This document shows positions 13,453-25,589 of a DNA stretch of 64,000 bases, one piece after another. The stretch is from Eledone cirrhosa (taxonomy: Eukaryota), in the NCBI GenBank assembly GCA_964016885.1, contig OZ024756.1:35960001-36024000 (forward strand), read 5' to 3'. Positions within the stretch are counted from its first letter, which is position 1, and each line of letters begins with the position of its first letter. The position numbers were made by a program, and so were the translations under genes. The notes under the pieces are model-generated. The model searched no databases. It had not been told where the DNA came from and was given only the letters and a program-made list of their open reading frames with translations.

Positions 13453-13663
13453 TTGATTTCTAGTATAGGCACAAGGCCAGTAATTTGTGGGCAGGAGGAA
13501 ATCGATTAAATCAACCCCAGTACGTTACTGGTGCTTTATTTTATTGACCCTGTGAGGATGAAAGGCAGAGTTAACCTCGGCAGGATTTGAAGTCAGACCG
13601 TAAAGGGCCGTAACTCTATGCATGGTGTCCGACTCTCTGTAGATACTGCCAATCCACCGCCCT
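13453..13663 (-). mobile_element. SINE family A, long-tail variant
   Basis: Consensus match with an extra GGGGTTGATTTAATCGATT segment. Confidence 0.85.
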
Positions 13664-14199
13664 TACACAGTGTAATATTATAGAATGTCAATCCTAGTTC
13701 TCTGTATCTCTCTGTAAAGTCAAATTTAAGACTACCTCTTGTCTACAGTTGGGATGGGAACTGTTTTTACCCAGACGAAAAAAATGAATCAAGACTATCA
13801 AAGTACCATTATGTTCAAATGGGATGGTTTAAACATTCTCATGAGTGGAGTATTTATCAAGTTTTAATATTTTGTTGATATTTAAAATGTTTTAAGTGTC
13901 ATTTAGAGTATAGTTTTTGTTTTACAACTCCATTACATAATGATTTTTTACCATTTTCTGGCCGTTTTGAAGGCCATATATATTCAAAACACATAAAAAA
14001 CAATAGGAAAAACAAATTTCACTCCAAAGCAAAGCCAATGTAATATTGCCAAATAGAAAATATTTTAGCCCCTTATTTATGAAGAATTTAAAGTTAGTGA
14101 ACTATTGAGCCCTAATGCAAGACCCCCCCCCCACCCTTTACCATCAATTTATTTTGTCACTTTGCTTATATATTAGTATATATGATGTGTGTGTATAAT

Positions 14200-14230
<31 letters not shown>

Positions 14231-14249
14231 ACATACATATATATATAGC

Positions 14250-14412
14250 ACTCACTGTAAATGAGGTTGGTCTTAGGAAGGGCATCCAGCTGTAGAAATC
14301 AAGCCAGAATCAACAAGATAAGGTCAGCCGACCGAGCACTGCCCACAACAGGACAACCCGTCTAACCCATGCTAGTGTCGAAGAATGAATGTAAAACGGT
14401 GATGATGATGAT
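14250..14412 (+). mobile_element. Short retroelement remnant with RTE-like tail (family C)
   Basis: GGTTGGTCTTAGGAAGGGCATCCAGCTGTAGAAA ... AACCCATGCTAG ... (GAT)n; related copies at 16745-16925, 19460-19620, 33440-33750, 55590-55685. Confidence 0.7.
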
Positions 14413-14413
14413 G

Positions 14414-14444
<31 letters not shown>

Positions 14445-14456
14445 TATATGTGTGTG

Positions 14457-14504
<48 letters not shown>

Positions 14505-14857
14505 TGTGTGTCCGGGTCCAGGGTAACTCTGTAGTGAAGATAAAGCTGACATTTTCCGTCAAATTAAGGTCAGTAGGTACATTTAAGCCCCATATCAACT
14601 TGCTACCCTCTTCTAGCACTGGTGGGTGGGTGTTGTGTTCTTTTTGTTACATCACAGCACACACTGTGGGAGGTGGTGGGGGACATTGTTGTAGTTGCAG
14701 TATTTGATCTGCTGCCTCCATTACGAACACCACCACCACCACCACCGTCACATTGAGGTAGTGACAGTGGTGGTGGTGGTGGTGGAATGCATTGGTGTTG
14801 TATTGTTTGACCTATTATCTCCACCCCCACTTCACAAATTAGGCTCTTAATTATTTC

Positions 14858-14900
<43 letters not shown>

Positions 14901-14964
14901 AAACTAACTTCTGTACATAATTACACTTCACAGTTTCAAATATATACACACACACACAGACACG

Positions 14965-15000
<36 letters not shown>

Positions 15001-15062
15001 TATATCTATCTAAACCCATGCTAGCGTGGAAGATAGACGTTAAACGATGATGATATGCATAT

Positions 15063-15308
15063 GTGAAGGTGCATGGCTTAGTGGTTAGAGCATTGGGCTT
15101 GCAATCGAAAGGTTGTGTGTTCAATTCTCAGATCGGGTGATGTGTTGTTTCCTTGAGCAAGACACTTTATTTCACATTGTTCCAGTTTACTCAGCTGTAG
15201 AAATGAGATGATAGGACTGGGGTTTCTATCATTAAATCACCCAAGACACCTCCAACGAGATATACCTTGGAGGAGGCCAGCTAAACCTGCATAGGTGTGA
15301 GCTGTCAC
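15063..15308 (+). mobile_element. CORE-type SINE (family B) followed by one about-85-bp tail unit
   Basis: tRNA-like head TGGCTTAGTGGTTAGAGCA ... GTTCAATTC; CORE-like TCCTTGAGCAAGACACTT ... CAGCTGTAGAAATGAG; tail unit GGAGGCCAGCTAAACCTGCATAGGTGTGAGCTGT. Confidence 0.8.
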
Positions 15309-15340
15309 ACACACACATACACATATATATATGCATATAT

Positions 15341-15515
15341 ATATTATAAAGAGTCAGGACCCAATGGCTGAGCTCTTGCCTTTTCAATGGCTAGTTCTAA
15401 TCTAGAACTAGCCATTGAAATGGGTGGCAAGAGCTCAGCCGTTGAGCCCCGACTCTTTATAATATAACCATACTCTACTACCCCAAGTATTGAGTACTTT
15501 GTTGATTAATGGTCA
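15341..15515. mobile_element. Long inverted repeat, probable Penelope-like terminal remnant
   Basis: Arms of about 58 bp (15341-15465) followed by ACTCTACTACCCCAAGTATTGAGTACTTTG, shared with 41343-41520. Confidence 0.6.
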
Positions 15516-15542
15516 AACCAGATTCAGACTGAATCCATTCTG

Positions 15543-15644
<102 letters not shown>

Positions 15645-15809
15645 CTTATACTATCATATACACTTACATACACAGCTTATAATCTCACATATACATATAC
15701 ACTTACAGCTTATAATCTTACATACACACACACTATTACATACATACATCCACACACACTGCTATAGGTTGAACAGTTCTGTACAATATATTCCCACACA
15801 TTTCTGTCA

Positions 15810-16470
15810 TATCACCACCACCACCACACTATACTGCCACCACCACCACCACCACACTATACTGCCACCACCACCACCACACTATACTGCCACCACCACC
15901 ACCACCACACTATACTGCCACCACCACCACCACCACACTATACTGCCACCACCACCACCACACTATACTGCCACCACCACCACCACACTATACTGCCACC
16001 ACCACCACCACCACACTATACTGCCACCACCACCACCACCACACTATACTGCCACCACCACCACCACACTATACTGCTACCACCACCACCACCATTACAC
16101 CAAACACTACACCTCCACCACCACTACAACACTATACCATCACTACTGCACTATATTACAGCACTATTATACAGTACACCACCACCACACTATGCCATCA
16201 CAACATTACCGCCATACCATACCATGCCATACCACCACTACACCAGACACCACCACCACTGGTACACCACCAGACACCACACCACCATTACACCACCACA
16301 CCACCACCACCACCATTACACCACCAGACACCACACCACCATTACACCACCACCACCACCATTACACCACCACCACCACCACACCACCATTACAACACCA
16401 CCACCACCACACCACCACCACCACACCACCACCATTACACCACCACCACCACCACCATTACACCACACCC
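15810..16470. repeat. (CCA)n-based minisatellite
   Basis: Units (CCA)nCACTATACTG, then (CCA)nTTACA. Confidence 0.9.
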
Positions 16471-16925
16471 ATGTTGCCAAAATAAGTAGACACAATGACT
16501 GGTGGTAAACCTTTATTACTGAAACAACTGTGACCTTTCTGATATAAACAGGACAAACTATAATGTATGTTGCCGTTGTTACTGGTTTTATATACACCCA
16601 CTGAGGCCAATCTAACCTGTATGTATATACATGTGTATATATATATATATACATGTATATATATATATATATATATATGTGTATATAGTATATATGTATA
16701 TATAAATACATACACTCACAGATTGTAAACTGCCATAGATATATATCATCATCATCTTCATCATCATTTAACGTCCAGCTTCCACGCTAGCATGGGTTTG
16801 ACGGTTTTGTTCCATCTGATGCGGGAATGGTCGGGAGACCGTGTCTCGCTCGTGCGGATGTGTCTCTGGCAGGTTTTTTTCTTACAGCTGGATGCCCTTC
16901 CTAACACCAACCACATTTACAGTGT

Positions 16926-16960
<35 letters not shown>

Positions 16961-16964
<4 letters not shown>

Positions 16965-17110
16965 ATCAAAAGATGATTAAAAGAGTTCCATGTATTTTAT
17001 TATGCGCATTTCAAAAACAATATTTATACTCCAGTCCTATAAACTGTTGAGTGCTACTTATCCGATATTTGCATTGCTTTATTGTGCTACAATAAAACTC
17101 ACCTCCTACA
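16961..17110. mobile_element. Probable Penelope-like remnant in (TA)n, with hammerhead 3' half on the minus strand
   Basis: Homologous to 41177-41325; minus strand contains GAAATGCGCATAATAAAATA. Confidence 0.55.
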
Positions 17111-17132
17111 CATATATATATATATATATATA

Positions 17133-17469
17133 ATAGGATATACGTTCCTTCACGCACAAGGCGCCAAGGTACGCATGTATTGTCCAACCAAATGCCAGTG
17201 TGGTTCAATGGCGGGTTAATAAATTAACGAGCCAGAACAAATATAAACAAGGTTTAGCAAATAATGAAAAAGTTTCAAAATAAATTTAAAAAAATTGACT
17301 TTACCTACTATAGTTACCTTTACCGATCGGTTTCGAATCCCAAAAATAAAACGGAGACCATACGGCCTTCGTTGCAAAGAAAGATTCTCGTCAGAAGGTT
17401 CTTTTCATTCAAAGAATAGAAAATTCCTGAATTTAAATCACAAACTAGCGCTATCAAAACTGTTCCTAT
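17133..17469 (-). mobile_element. Probable Penelope-like element remnant carrying a hammerhead ribozyme
   Basis: Complex-sequence block between (TA)n tracts, ends ATAGGA...TCCTAT, contains a complete hammerhead motif. Confidence 0.55.
17316..17399 (-). ncRNA. Type I hammerhead ribozyme
   Basis: Minus strand: ACCTT-CTGACGA-GAATC(loop)GATTC-GAAA-CCGATCGG-TA-AAGGT. Stem I 5 bp, stem II 5 bp plus G-U pairs, palindromic stem III, GUA triplet; predicted cut between 17321 and 17320. Confidence 0.85.
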
Positions 17470-17489
17470 ATATATATATATAAATGTAA

Positions 17490-17550
<61 letters not shown>

Positions 17551-18159
17551 AAGAGTCAGGACCCCGACAGCTGAGCTCCGGCAGTTTCAACAGCTATATA
17601 CATGTCCCACAAAGACCAACGTTGGAATTATATAAGTTAATGTTATCAGATGTGATGACAATGGTGATAATAATGACAATGATATCAAAGGTTATGATGG
17701 TGTATGTAAATGTTGTTGTTGTTGTATCTATTTCTTTCTCATTGACATTCTAAGAAATTCTGCCCAACTAAGCAGATTTCTCCCAAATCAATACCCAATC
17801 AGAATTACTTTGGACCAAGTTTTCACTGAAAATTACTTGATTTAATTGACTACTTCTACTCTTCCTTCTCTCTTCTCTCCGTTATCTGTTGTTATGGTGA
17901 TCACCATCATCATCACTTTACATCCTTGCTGGCATGGGTTGGATAGTTTGTCATGGCCTGAGACTGGACGGGTCATAGAGGCCTCGTCTTGCTCATAACT
18001 TCCATATTTGATAAGGTTTTTATTGCTGGAAGCTCTTCCAAGTCCAGCCGCTGAAGCCACCAGCCTGTAGAGAGGGAATATACTGGTATATAACAGGGAG
18101 ACTGTCATATCTATGGAAGTTGCATGTCTGTGGAGTGGAGGAAATATTCCTGTATTTAC

Positions 18160-18432
18160 CAGAAACTAGGACACACACACATCTACAGTAGCCAGCATTT
18201 CATGGAAATATCTTGGTGTGTACCAGAAACTGGGAGACACATATCTACAGTAGCCAGCAGTCTGTCGAAAACTGGGAGACACACACATCTACAGTAGCCA
18301 GCAGTCTGTGGAAAACTGGGAGACACACACATCTACTGTAGCCAGCAGACTGTGGAAAACTGGGAGACACACACATCTACTGTAGCCAGCAGTCTGTGGA
18401 AAACTGGGAGAGACATACACAGTAACCAGCAG
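18160..18432. repeat. 44-bp tandem repeat, about 5 copies
   Basis: Unit GGAAAACTGGGAGACACACACATCTACAGTAGCCAGCAGTCTGT. Confidence 0.9.
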
Positions 18433-18960
18433 TCAACATCATTGTTTTTGCATCCGTCTTTCCATGGTTGTATGGGTTGGACAGGTCCATTTCAACAAGG
18501 CATCCTTCCATTCACCACATCCTTTGTCATTTCTTCTGTGAGTCTCAGTGGTGTTTGTGTGGCTGGTGGTAGTGGTGTAGGTGATGGTGGTGGTGTTGGT
18601 GTCAGTGGTGATGACGTTGTTGTTGTTGGTGGTGTTGGTAGCAGACGAACAGTCTTTTCAGCATCACCAGTCTCTCCCCATTTAATATCTCCCCCAATTA
18701 AACAGCAATAGCAGCAACAACAACAGCAGTAGTAACAGCAGCAGCAGCCCTCCTGGTCAATGTTACTAGCAAGCACACGCACACACACACACACATTGAA
18801 TGGTTATTGATTTCCCCCTCCCCCTCTGCCTCCTCACACCACACAATCCACCACCTCAGTCTTCAGTTATCAAAGAAAAAGATGTCAGTAAAAACAGGCC
18901 TCATCCATGTTGTCTCCTGCACATTTATAACTTGGAGCTATATTTTGTGTGTGTATATAT

Positions 18961-19013
<53 letters not shown>

Positions 19014-19198
19014 TATATGTGTGTGTGTGTATATGTGTGTGTATATATATATATATATATGTGTGTATATATATATGTATATATATGTGTGTGTGTGTGT
19101 CTATGTATATGGGTGTGTGTATATAAGTATATGTGTGTGTATATGTGCATATATGTATGTGCCTTCACTATGTATGTGTATATATATATATATATATA

Positions 19199-19424
19199 GT
19201 GAAGGCACATGGCTGAGTGGTTAGAGAATTGGATTCACAATCGTGAGGTTGTGTGTTCCATTCCTCGACCGGGCGATGCGTTATGTCCTTGAGCAAGACA
19301 CTTTATTTCACGTTGCTCCTTCTACCTGGAGTTGTGACTGATACGATAGAGAGTATTAGCAGTTGGAAAAACCAATGGAAACTTTGATTCCTTGGTCCGA
19401 TTTGAAGAAAGTCGATCGACTGTC

Positions 19425-19430
<6 letters not shown>
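19199..19430 (+). mobile_element. CORE-type SINE (family B) with alternative tail
   Basis: Head TGGCTGAGTGGTTAGAG, TGTCCTTGAGCAAGACACTTTATTTCAC; tail matches the unit amplified at 56160-56580. Confidence 0.75.
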
Positions 19431-19460
<30 letters not shown>

Positions 19461-19644
19461 TTTCAATTTACGTCCGCTTTTTTCCCTGCTTGCAAGGGTG
19501 GGACGGGAACTGATTCTGGCCTGATTTCTACAGCTGGATGCCCTTCCTAACGCCAACCTCATTTATAGTGAGTGCTGGGTGCTTTTTTTGCCGTGGCACC
19601 TCCACGACCACTTTGCAGTGGAGTGATAGGGACTGGGATCCCTA

Positions 19645-19788
19645 TCATCTCATTTCTACAGCTGAGTAAACTGGAGCAATGTGAAATAAAGTGTCTTGCT
19701 CAAGGAAACAACACATCACCCGGTCTGAGAATTGAACTCACAACCTTTCGATTGCAAGGCCAATGCTCTAACCACTAACCCATGTGCC
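19645..19788 (-). mobile_element. CORE-type SINE (family B)
   Basis: Close reverse complement of 15063-15210. Confidence 0.85.
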
Positions 19789-19790
19789 TC

Positions 19791-20035
<245 letters not shown>

Positions 20036-20749
20036 TTCCCATTGATTGGATCAATTGGAACACTTGTCATCGTAAACGTATGTATGTATATATATATATA
20101 TGTGTATTTATGTGCATATATATATATATGTGTGTGTATATGTGTGTATTTATGTGCGTATACATATATGTGTGTGCGTGGATGTGTTGAACTCTTGAAG
20201 CTTTAACTGTATGAGTACGTACACACACACACACACACTCACACACACACACTCTCTCTCTCTCTCTCTCTGCTTATTGTGATCACATTGAGTCATTTCA
20301 ATAGCAATCACTAGTTAACAGTATTCATTATTATATCAAGTGGCTTACATTGTGTCTGTCTGTGTGTGTATGTATGTGTATATATATGTATGTGTATATA
20401 TATGTGTGTGTGTATGTATGTGTATATATATATGTGTGTGTGTGTATGTATATACACACATATATATATATAAAACTTGACCAGACCTGATCCAGCTGTA
20501 TATTCCTCTATCACTTCTCACTACACTGGCAACACCCTCTTACCTCACCCCTACCTCTGTAAGTAGCTGTTATCAGCACAATATCTCCCACTTTGCTGGA
20601 GGTCATCTCTCCATGAACACCACTTTTACTCTCCACATTTGGCCTGCTTTCAGGACTTTTTGGACCTCACAGAAGAGATAATGGAAGGCCTGAAAGAAAG
20701 GAAGATGTTATTTCTATTTCATCAGTCTCCCTTTTTTGCCTTCCATCCT

Positions 20750-21400
20750 TTGCCATCTTTTCTTCACCGTCCTTTCTTCGCCATCCTTCATTTACTGTCC
20801 TTCCTTCGCTGTCCTTTCTTAACTGTCCTTCCTTCACCGTCCTTCCTTCACCGTCCTTCCTTCGCCACCCTTCCTTCGCCGCCCTTCCGTCGCTGTCCTT
20901 CCTTCGCTGTCCTTTCTCAACTGTCCTTCCTTCACTGTCCTTTCTTAACTGTCCTTCCTTTGCTGTCCTTCATTTGCCGTCATTCCTTCACTGTCCTTCC
21001 TTCACCGTCCTTCCTTCACTGCCCTTCCTTCGCTGTCCTTCCTTCACTGTACTTACTTCACTGTCCTTCCTTTGCCGTCCTTCCTTCACCGTCCTTCCTT
21101 CACTGCCCTTCCTTCGCTGTCCTTCCTTCACTGTACTTACTTCGCTGTCCTTCCTTCGCCGCCCTTCCTTCGCCGTCCTTCCTTCTCCGCCCTTCCTTTG
21201 CTGCCCTTCCGTCATTGTCCTTCCTCCGCTGTCCTTTCTTAACTGTCCTTCCTCCGCTGTCCTTTCTTAACTGTCCTTCCTTCGCTGTCCTTCCTTCGCC
21301 ACCCTTCCTTCGCCGTCCTTCCTTCGCCGCCATTCCTTCGCCGTCCTTCCGTCGCTGTCCTTTTATCATTCCTTTCATCAATGTCCTTTCATTGTCATTT
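20750..21400. repeat. About 14-bp pyrimidine-rich tandem repeat
   Basis: Unit about GTCCTTCCTTCGCT; explains ORF 20639-21589. Confidence 0.9.
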
Positions 21401-21697
21401 GCCTGTTCGTTCTGTCATCCTGTCATCCTGTCACCAATGTCATTTGTTGGTGTCCTTTTTGTCATTGCTCTGACATTATCTGTCTTTCCGTCCTCTCATT
21501 GTTTTCCATTTTTATTGTCATTTTTTAATGGAAACCTCCAAAACCCACTCATAAAATGGCGGACTACCTTTTGTTATCTGCCATCTTAATTTTATCATTT
21601 TCTGTTGTTTTTCTTCACCTTTCTCATACACCCCCTCCTCACACCACCACTACTACTCTCTCACTACATATGTGTGTACGTACATATATGTATGTGC

Positions 21698-21734
<37 letters not shown>

Positions 21735-21762
21735 TATATATATGAAAACCACTGTCTTCTGT

Positions 21763-21873
<111 letters not shown>

Positions 21874-22039
21874 CTTAAAACAATGATGGTAGAACCACCT
21901 ACCAACAAACCTACCCACCCATTCCCCTACCTACATACCTTACCCTGAAATGTCTAACATAACAAGTTCCCACAAGCTGTTAACCAACAACTTTCTAACT
22001 TTCTAAACCAGTTATGTCTTATTTATATAACTGCCATTA

Positions 22040-22059
22040 TATATATATATATAAGTATG

Positions 22060-22150
<91 letters not shown>

Positions 22151-22341
22151 GTATATATATATATATATGTATGTATGTGTATATATATATATATATGTAT
22201 GTATGTGTATATATATATATATATATGTATGTATGTGTATATATATATATATATGTATGTATGTGTATATATATATATGTATGTATGTGTATATATATAT
22301 ATATATGTATGTGTATATATATATATATATGTATGTATGTG

Positions 22342-22372
<31 letters not shown>

Positions 22373-22891
22373 GTGTATATATATATATATATGTATGTAT
22401 GTATGTGTATATATATATATATATGTATGTATGTGTATATATATATATATATGTATGTATGTATGTGTATATATATATATATATGTATGTATGTATGTGT
22501 ATATATATATATATGTGTGTATGTATGTATGTGTATATATATATATATATGTGTGTATGTATGTATGTGTATATATATATATATGTGTGTATGTATGTAT
22601 GTGTATATATATATATATGTGTGTATGTATGTATGTGTATATATATATATATGTGTGTATGTATGTATGTGTATATATATATATATGTGTGTATGTATGT
22701 ATGTGTATATATATATATATGTGTGTATGTATGTATGTGTATATATATATATATGTGTGTATGTATGTATGTGTATATATATATGTGTATGTATGTGTAT
22801 ATATATATGTGTATGTATGTGTATATATATGTATGTAAATGTATGTATATATATGTATGTGTATATATATGTATATATGTGTGTGTATATG

Positions 22892-22940
<49 letters not shown>

Positions 22941-23000
22941 GGGTGTATATATATGTATTAATATATATATATATATATATATATATGTGTATATATATAC
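22040..23000. repeat. (TA)n/(TATG)n compound microsatellite, about 1 kb
   Basis: Direct inspection. Confidence 0.95.
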
Positions 23001-23813
23001 CCTCTCTCTGTCTTGGTAATTACACCCACCATCTGACTACCCCACTACCCACACTTGACCACCCCACTAATCAACCACGTTTTTTTTTTTTAATAGAAAA
23101 TCTCTCTATGCCATGTAAAGTACTTGGCAAGGAGCAATATAGAAATAATATCGTAATTATATGTAGCGGAATATGATGGTGTTTGATGGGTGAAGAGCAA
23201 ATGTGGAGAGGACTGTTATTGTTCTTAACATAAACTAGAATGTTTGCCAAAAAAAAGCCCCTACCCCTCCAAAAAAAACACACTGGACCCCTTGAAAACC
23301 CGGTCTTTAAACTAACCATTTTTTGTTGGCTCCTTAGCTTTATATTGACTGTTAATTACTCCTCCACCCTGCCCCACATCATCAATCCTATTTTATTGAT
23401 TTTGGACATATACCCCATCAATTTGTGAAGATGCACGGCTTAATGGTAGTGATTAGGTTGTTGGTCTCACTGTCATATCATCATAGCGTTAATTTTTGCA
23501 TTGGGTATTGTGTTCTAGGGAGGTAGGTGTAAAAGCCAAAGTCGCTATCTTTAATTCAGTGTATTTACCTTTATCTATGGTCGTGAATCTTGGGTAATGA
23601 CTGAAAGTATATGATTGTGAACATAAGGGACGATTCTGTTCAGAGACGAACTCATATACTCAACATATCTGACAACCTTTCGATTACAGAGTCACGTTCG
23701 ATCTATAATAGATCTTGCCTCGAGCTGATCGATAGTGAAACATATGTAATACACTATTATATATGGTATGATGCAACACTGAATCCTAGTTCCTTATCAT
23801 TATAATATTGAAA

Positions 23814-23999
23814 GGCGGTGGATTGGCAGTATCGGTAGAGGGTCGGATGCCATGCTTTGAAGCATAGAGTTACCTCCCTGTATGATCTGAGTTCAAATCC
23901 CACCGAGGTTAACTTTGCCTTTCATCCTTCCGGGGTCGATAGAATAAAGTACCAGTAATGCACTGGGTAATTGCTGGCCTTGTGCCAAAAGTAGAAACA
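23814..23999 (+). mobile_element. SINE family A, full length with 15-bp TSD
   Basis: Starts GGCGGTGGATTGGCAG; ATTATAATATTGAAA at 23799-23813 and 24000-24014. Confidence 0.92.
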
Positions 24000-24014
24000 A
24001 TTATAATATTGAAA

Positions 24015-24387
24015 TTATTGTGTAAAGTGCTCAGGAGCACTACAACTCATCAAAGGTGCATGTATAGTACATAGCATAATATACAAATGTCAGGGAAGTG
24101 AATAGTGTATGAGTCATGAAATACATGTGTGTATGTGTATGGAGGGGGAACATTGGGTGTAGTGTTGGTGAATCTCAGGAAGCATGGAGGTTTTAAAGGA
24201 TGCACTGTCTCGACAGCTAACAACTGATGCAGGGAGTTTGTTCCATGCTTCAGCAACTCTGAGCGTGAAAAAATGTTTCCGAAAGTCATGGGAGCTGTGC
24301 TGTTTTCTGACTTTGTGGGCATGCCCACGTGTGTTAGACACATGGAAATCAAAAAGGTACTCAGGGTTGTTGTTGGCAAGATGGTTT
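24015..24387 (-). mobile_element. CR1-clade LINE 3' fragment (ORF2 C-terminus plus 3' UTR)
   Basis: TRGHAHKVRKQHSSHDFRKHFFTLRVAEAWNKLPASVV...FK is the typical CR1 ORF2 C-terminal pattern TRGH..K...R..FF..RV...WN.LP..VV. Confidence 0.9.
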
Positions 24388-24397
24388 AATTATAGTA

Positions 24398-24586
24398 GGA
24401 GGATGGTGGATTGGCAGTATTGATAGAGGGTCGGACGCCATGCTTTGCAACATAGAGTTACGGTCCTTTGTGGTCTGAGTTCAAATCCTGCCGAGGTTAA
24501 CTTTGCCTTTCATCCTTACGGGGTCGATAAAATAAAGTACCAGTAATGCACTGGGTAATTGCTGGCCTTGTGCCCAAAGTAGAAAC
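24398..24586 (+). mobile_element. SINE family A with 10-bp TSD
   Basis: AATTATAGTA at 24388-24397 and 24587-24596. Confidence 0.9.
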
Positions 24587-24593
24587 AATTATA

Positions 24594-24637
<44 letters not shown>

Positions 24638-25168
24638 TGTGTGTGATAAATGAATTTTCTTTAAAAAGAAGGCTGTCTATTGAAGCAGAAGCAGGTCTAC
24701 AGAGTACTCCATCATCACTTCTTCCTGTGTCCTCAGCTGTAGTATATCACATTGCCAGATAGTGGAGTAGTACTGCCTGTCAAAAGAAACCATTACTCTT
24801 CTCTTCTTTATTCCAAAGACAGATACCAGATTGCTCATCTCTGTCCTAAGGTCTCATGTACTTCAGATCTGTGTTTTTCTCCCTCAGTTCTAACATCGGC
24901 TAATATAATCATGGAACGAGAGAACTTTTATGTAAATCTGGTGGTTCACAAATAAATATATCACTGTATATGAAGAGATGTTATCTGTAAATAAATATCA
25001 GGACATGTTTATGTTACAAACAGAATCTTTCCTCAGACTACCATAACTCTACTGTGGTTGAACTTTTATTTAGTCAGGGGAGAAAGGCAGTGCTTATGAC
25101 CCCTTTCAAGGGTCTCTAAGGGAGGAAGGGATGAAAGAGGGTATCCTGAAACTCAAGACCTGGTCCTA

Positions 25169-25311
25169 ATGCTTGCATCAGACTGGTCTCTGCTTGAGGC
25201 AACGGAGGGAGCAGATGGTGGTGTTAAACCTGGTGAAAGATTAAGACTACCACCCAAGCAGGCACAGCGGGATTTGTATTCAATGCAAAAAGCCAGAACA
25301 AATACCACAAG
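25169..25311 (+). CDS. Candidate alternative first exon (MLASDWSLLEATEGADGGVKPGERLRLPPKQAQRDLYSMQKARTNTT, phase 2)
   Basis: Unique, coding-like sequence; donor AAG|GTACCT is weak; no homology recognised. Confidence 0.3.
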
Positions 25312-25589
25312 GTACCTGATCCAACACAATTCCACCAACCTGGACTGAGACTTTCTTTTATTAACCTGGAACAACACTAGGGGCTTTAGTCATCAGCATA
25401 CTACCACCTAAACTACAACATTGATGTTGTAGTTAGTAGTTCTAGTTAAGTACACTACCACCTCAACTACAGCATTAACCTTATAACTGTGGTGGTAGTG
25501 TTGTAGGTGTTGCAGTAGCTGTAATTGTTGTTATTGTTAGTGGTGGTGATAGTGGGGGTGGTGACAGTTTTGTTGTTGATCTTGATGGT

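Noticed and set aside
20540-20715. Minus-strand exon-like segment with TTTCTTTCAG acceptor and GTAAGA donor
   Set aside because: Stops in all three frames between the sites; partly resembles the RTE 3' sequence.
20639-21589. 316-aa P/S/F/L-rich ORF
   Set aside because: Translation of a 14-bp pyrimidine tandem repeat.
23814-23905. tRNA gene (A and B boxes)
   Set aside because: SINE head: no cloverleaf, continues into the SINE core and tail, many copies, has a TSD.
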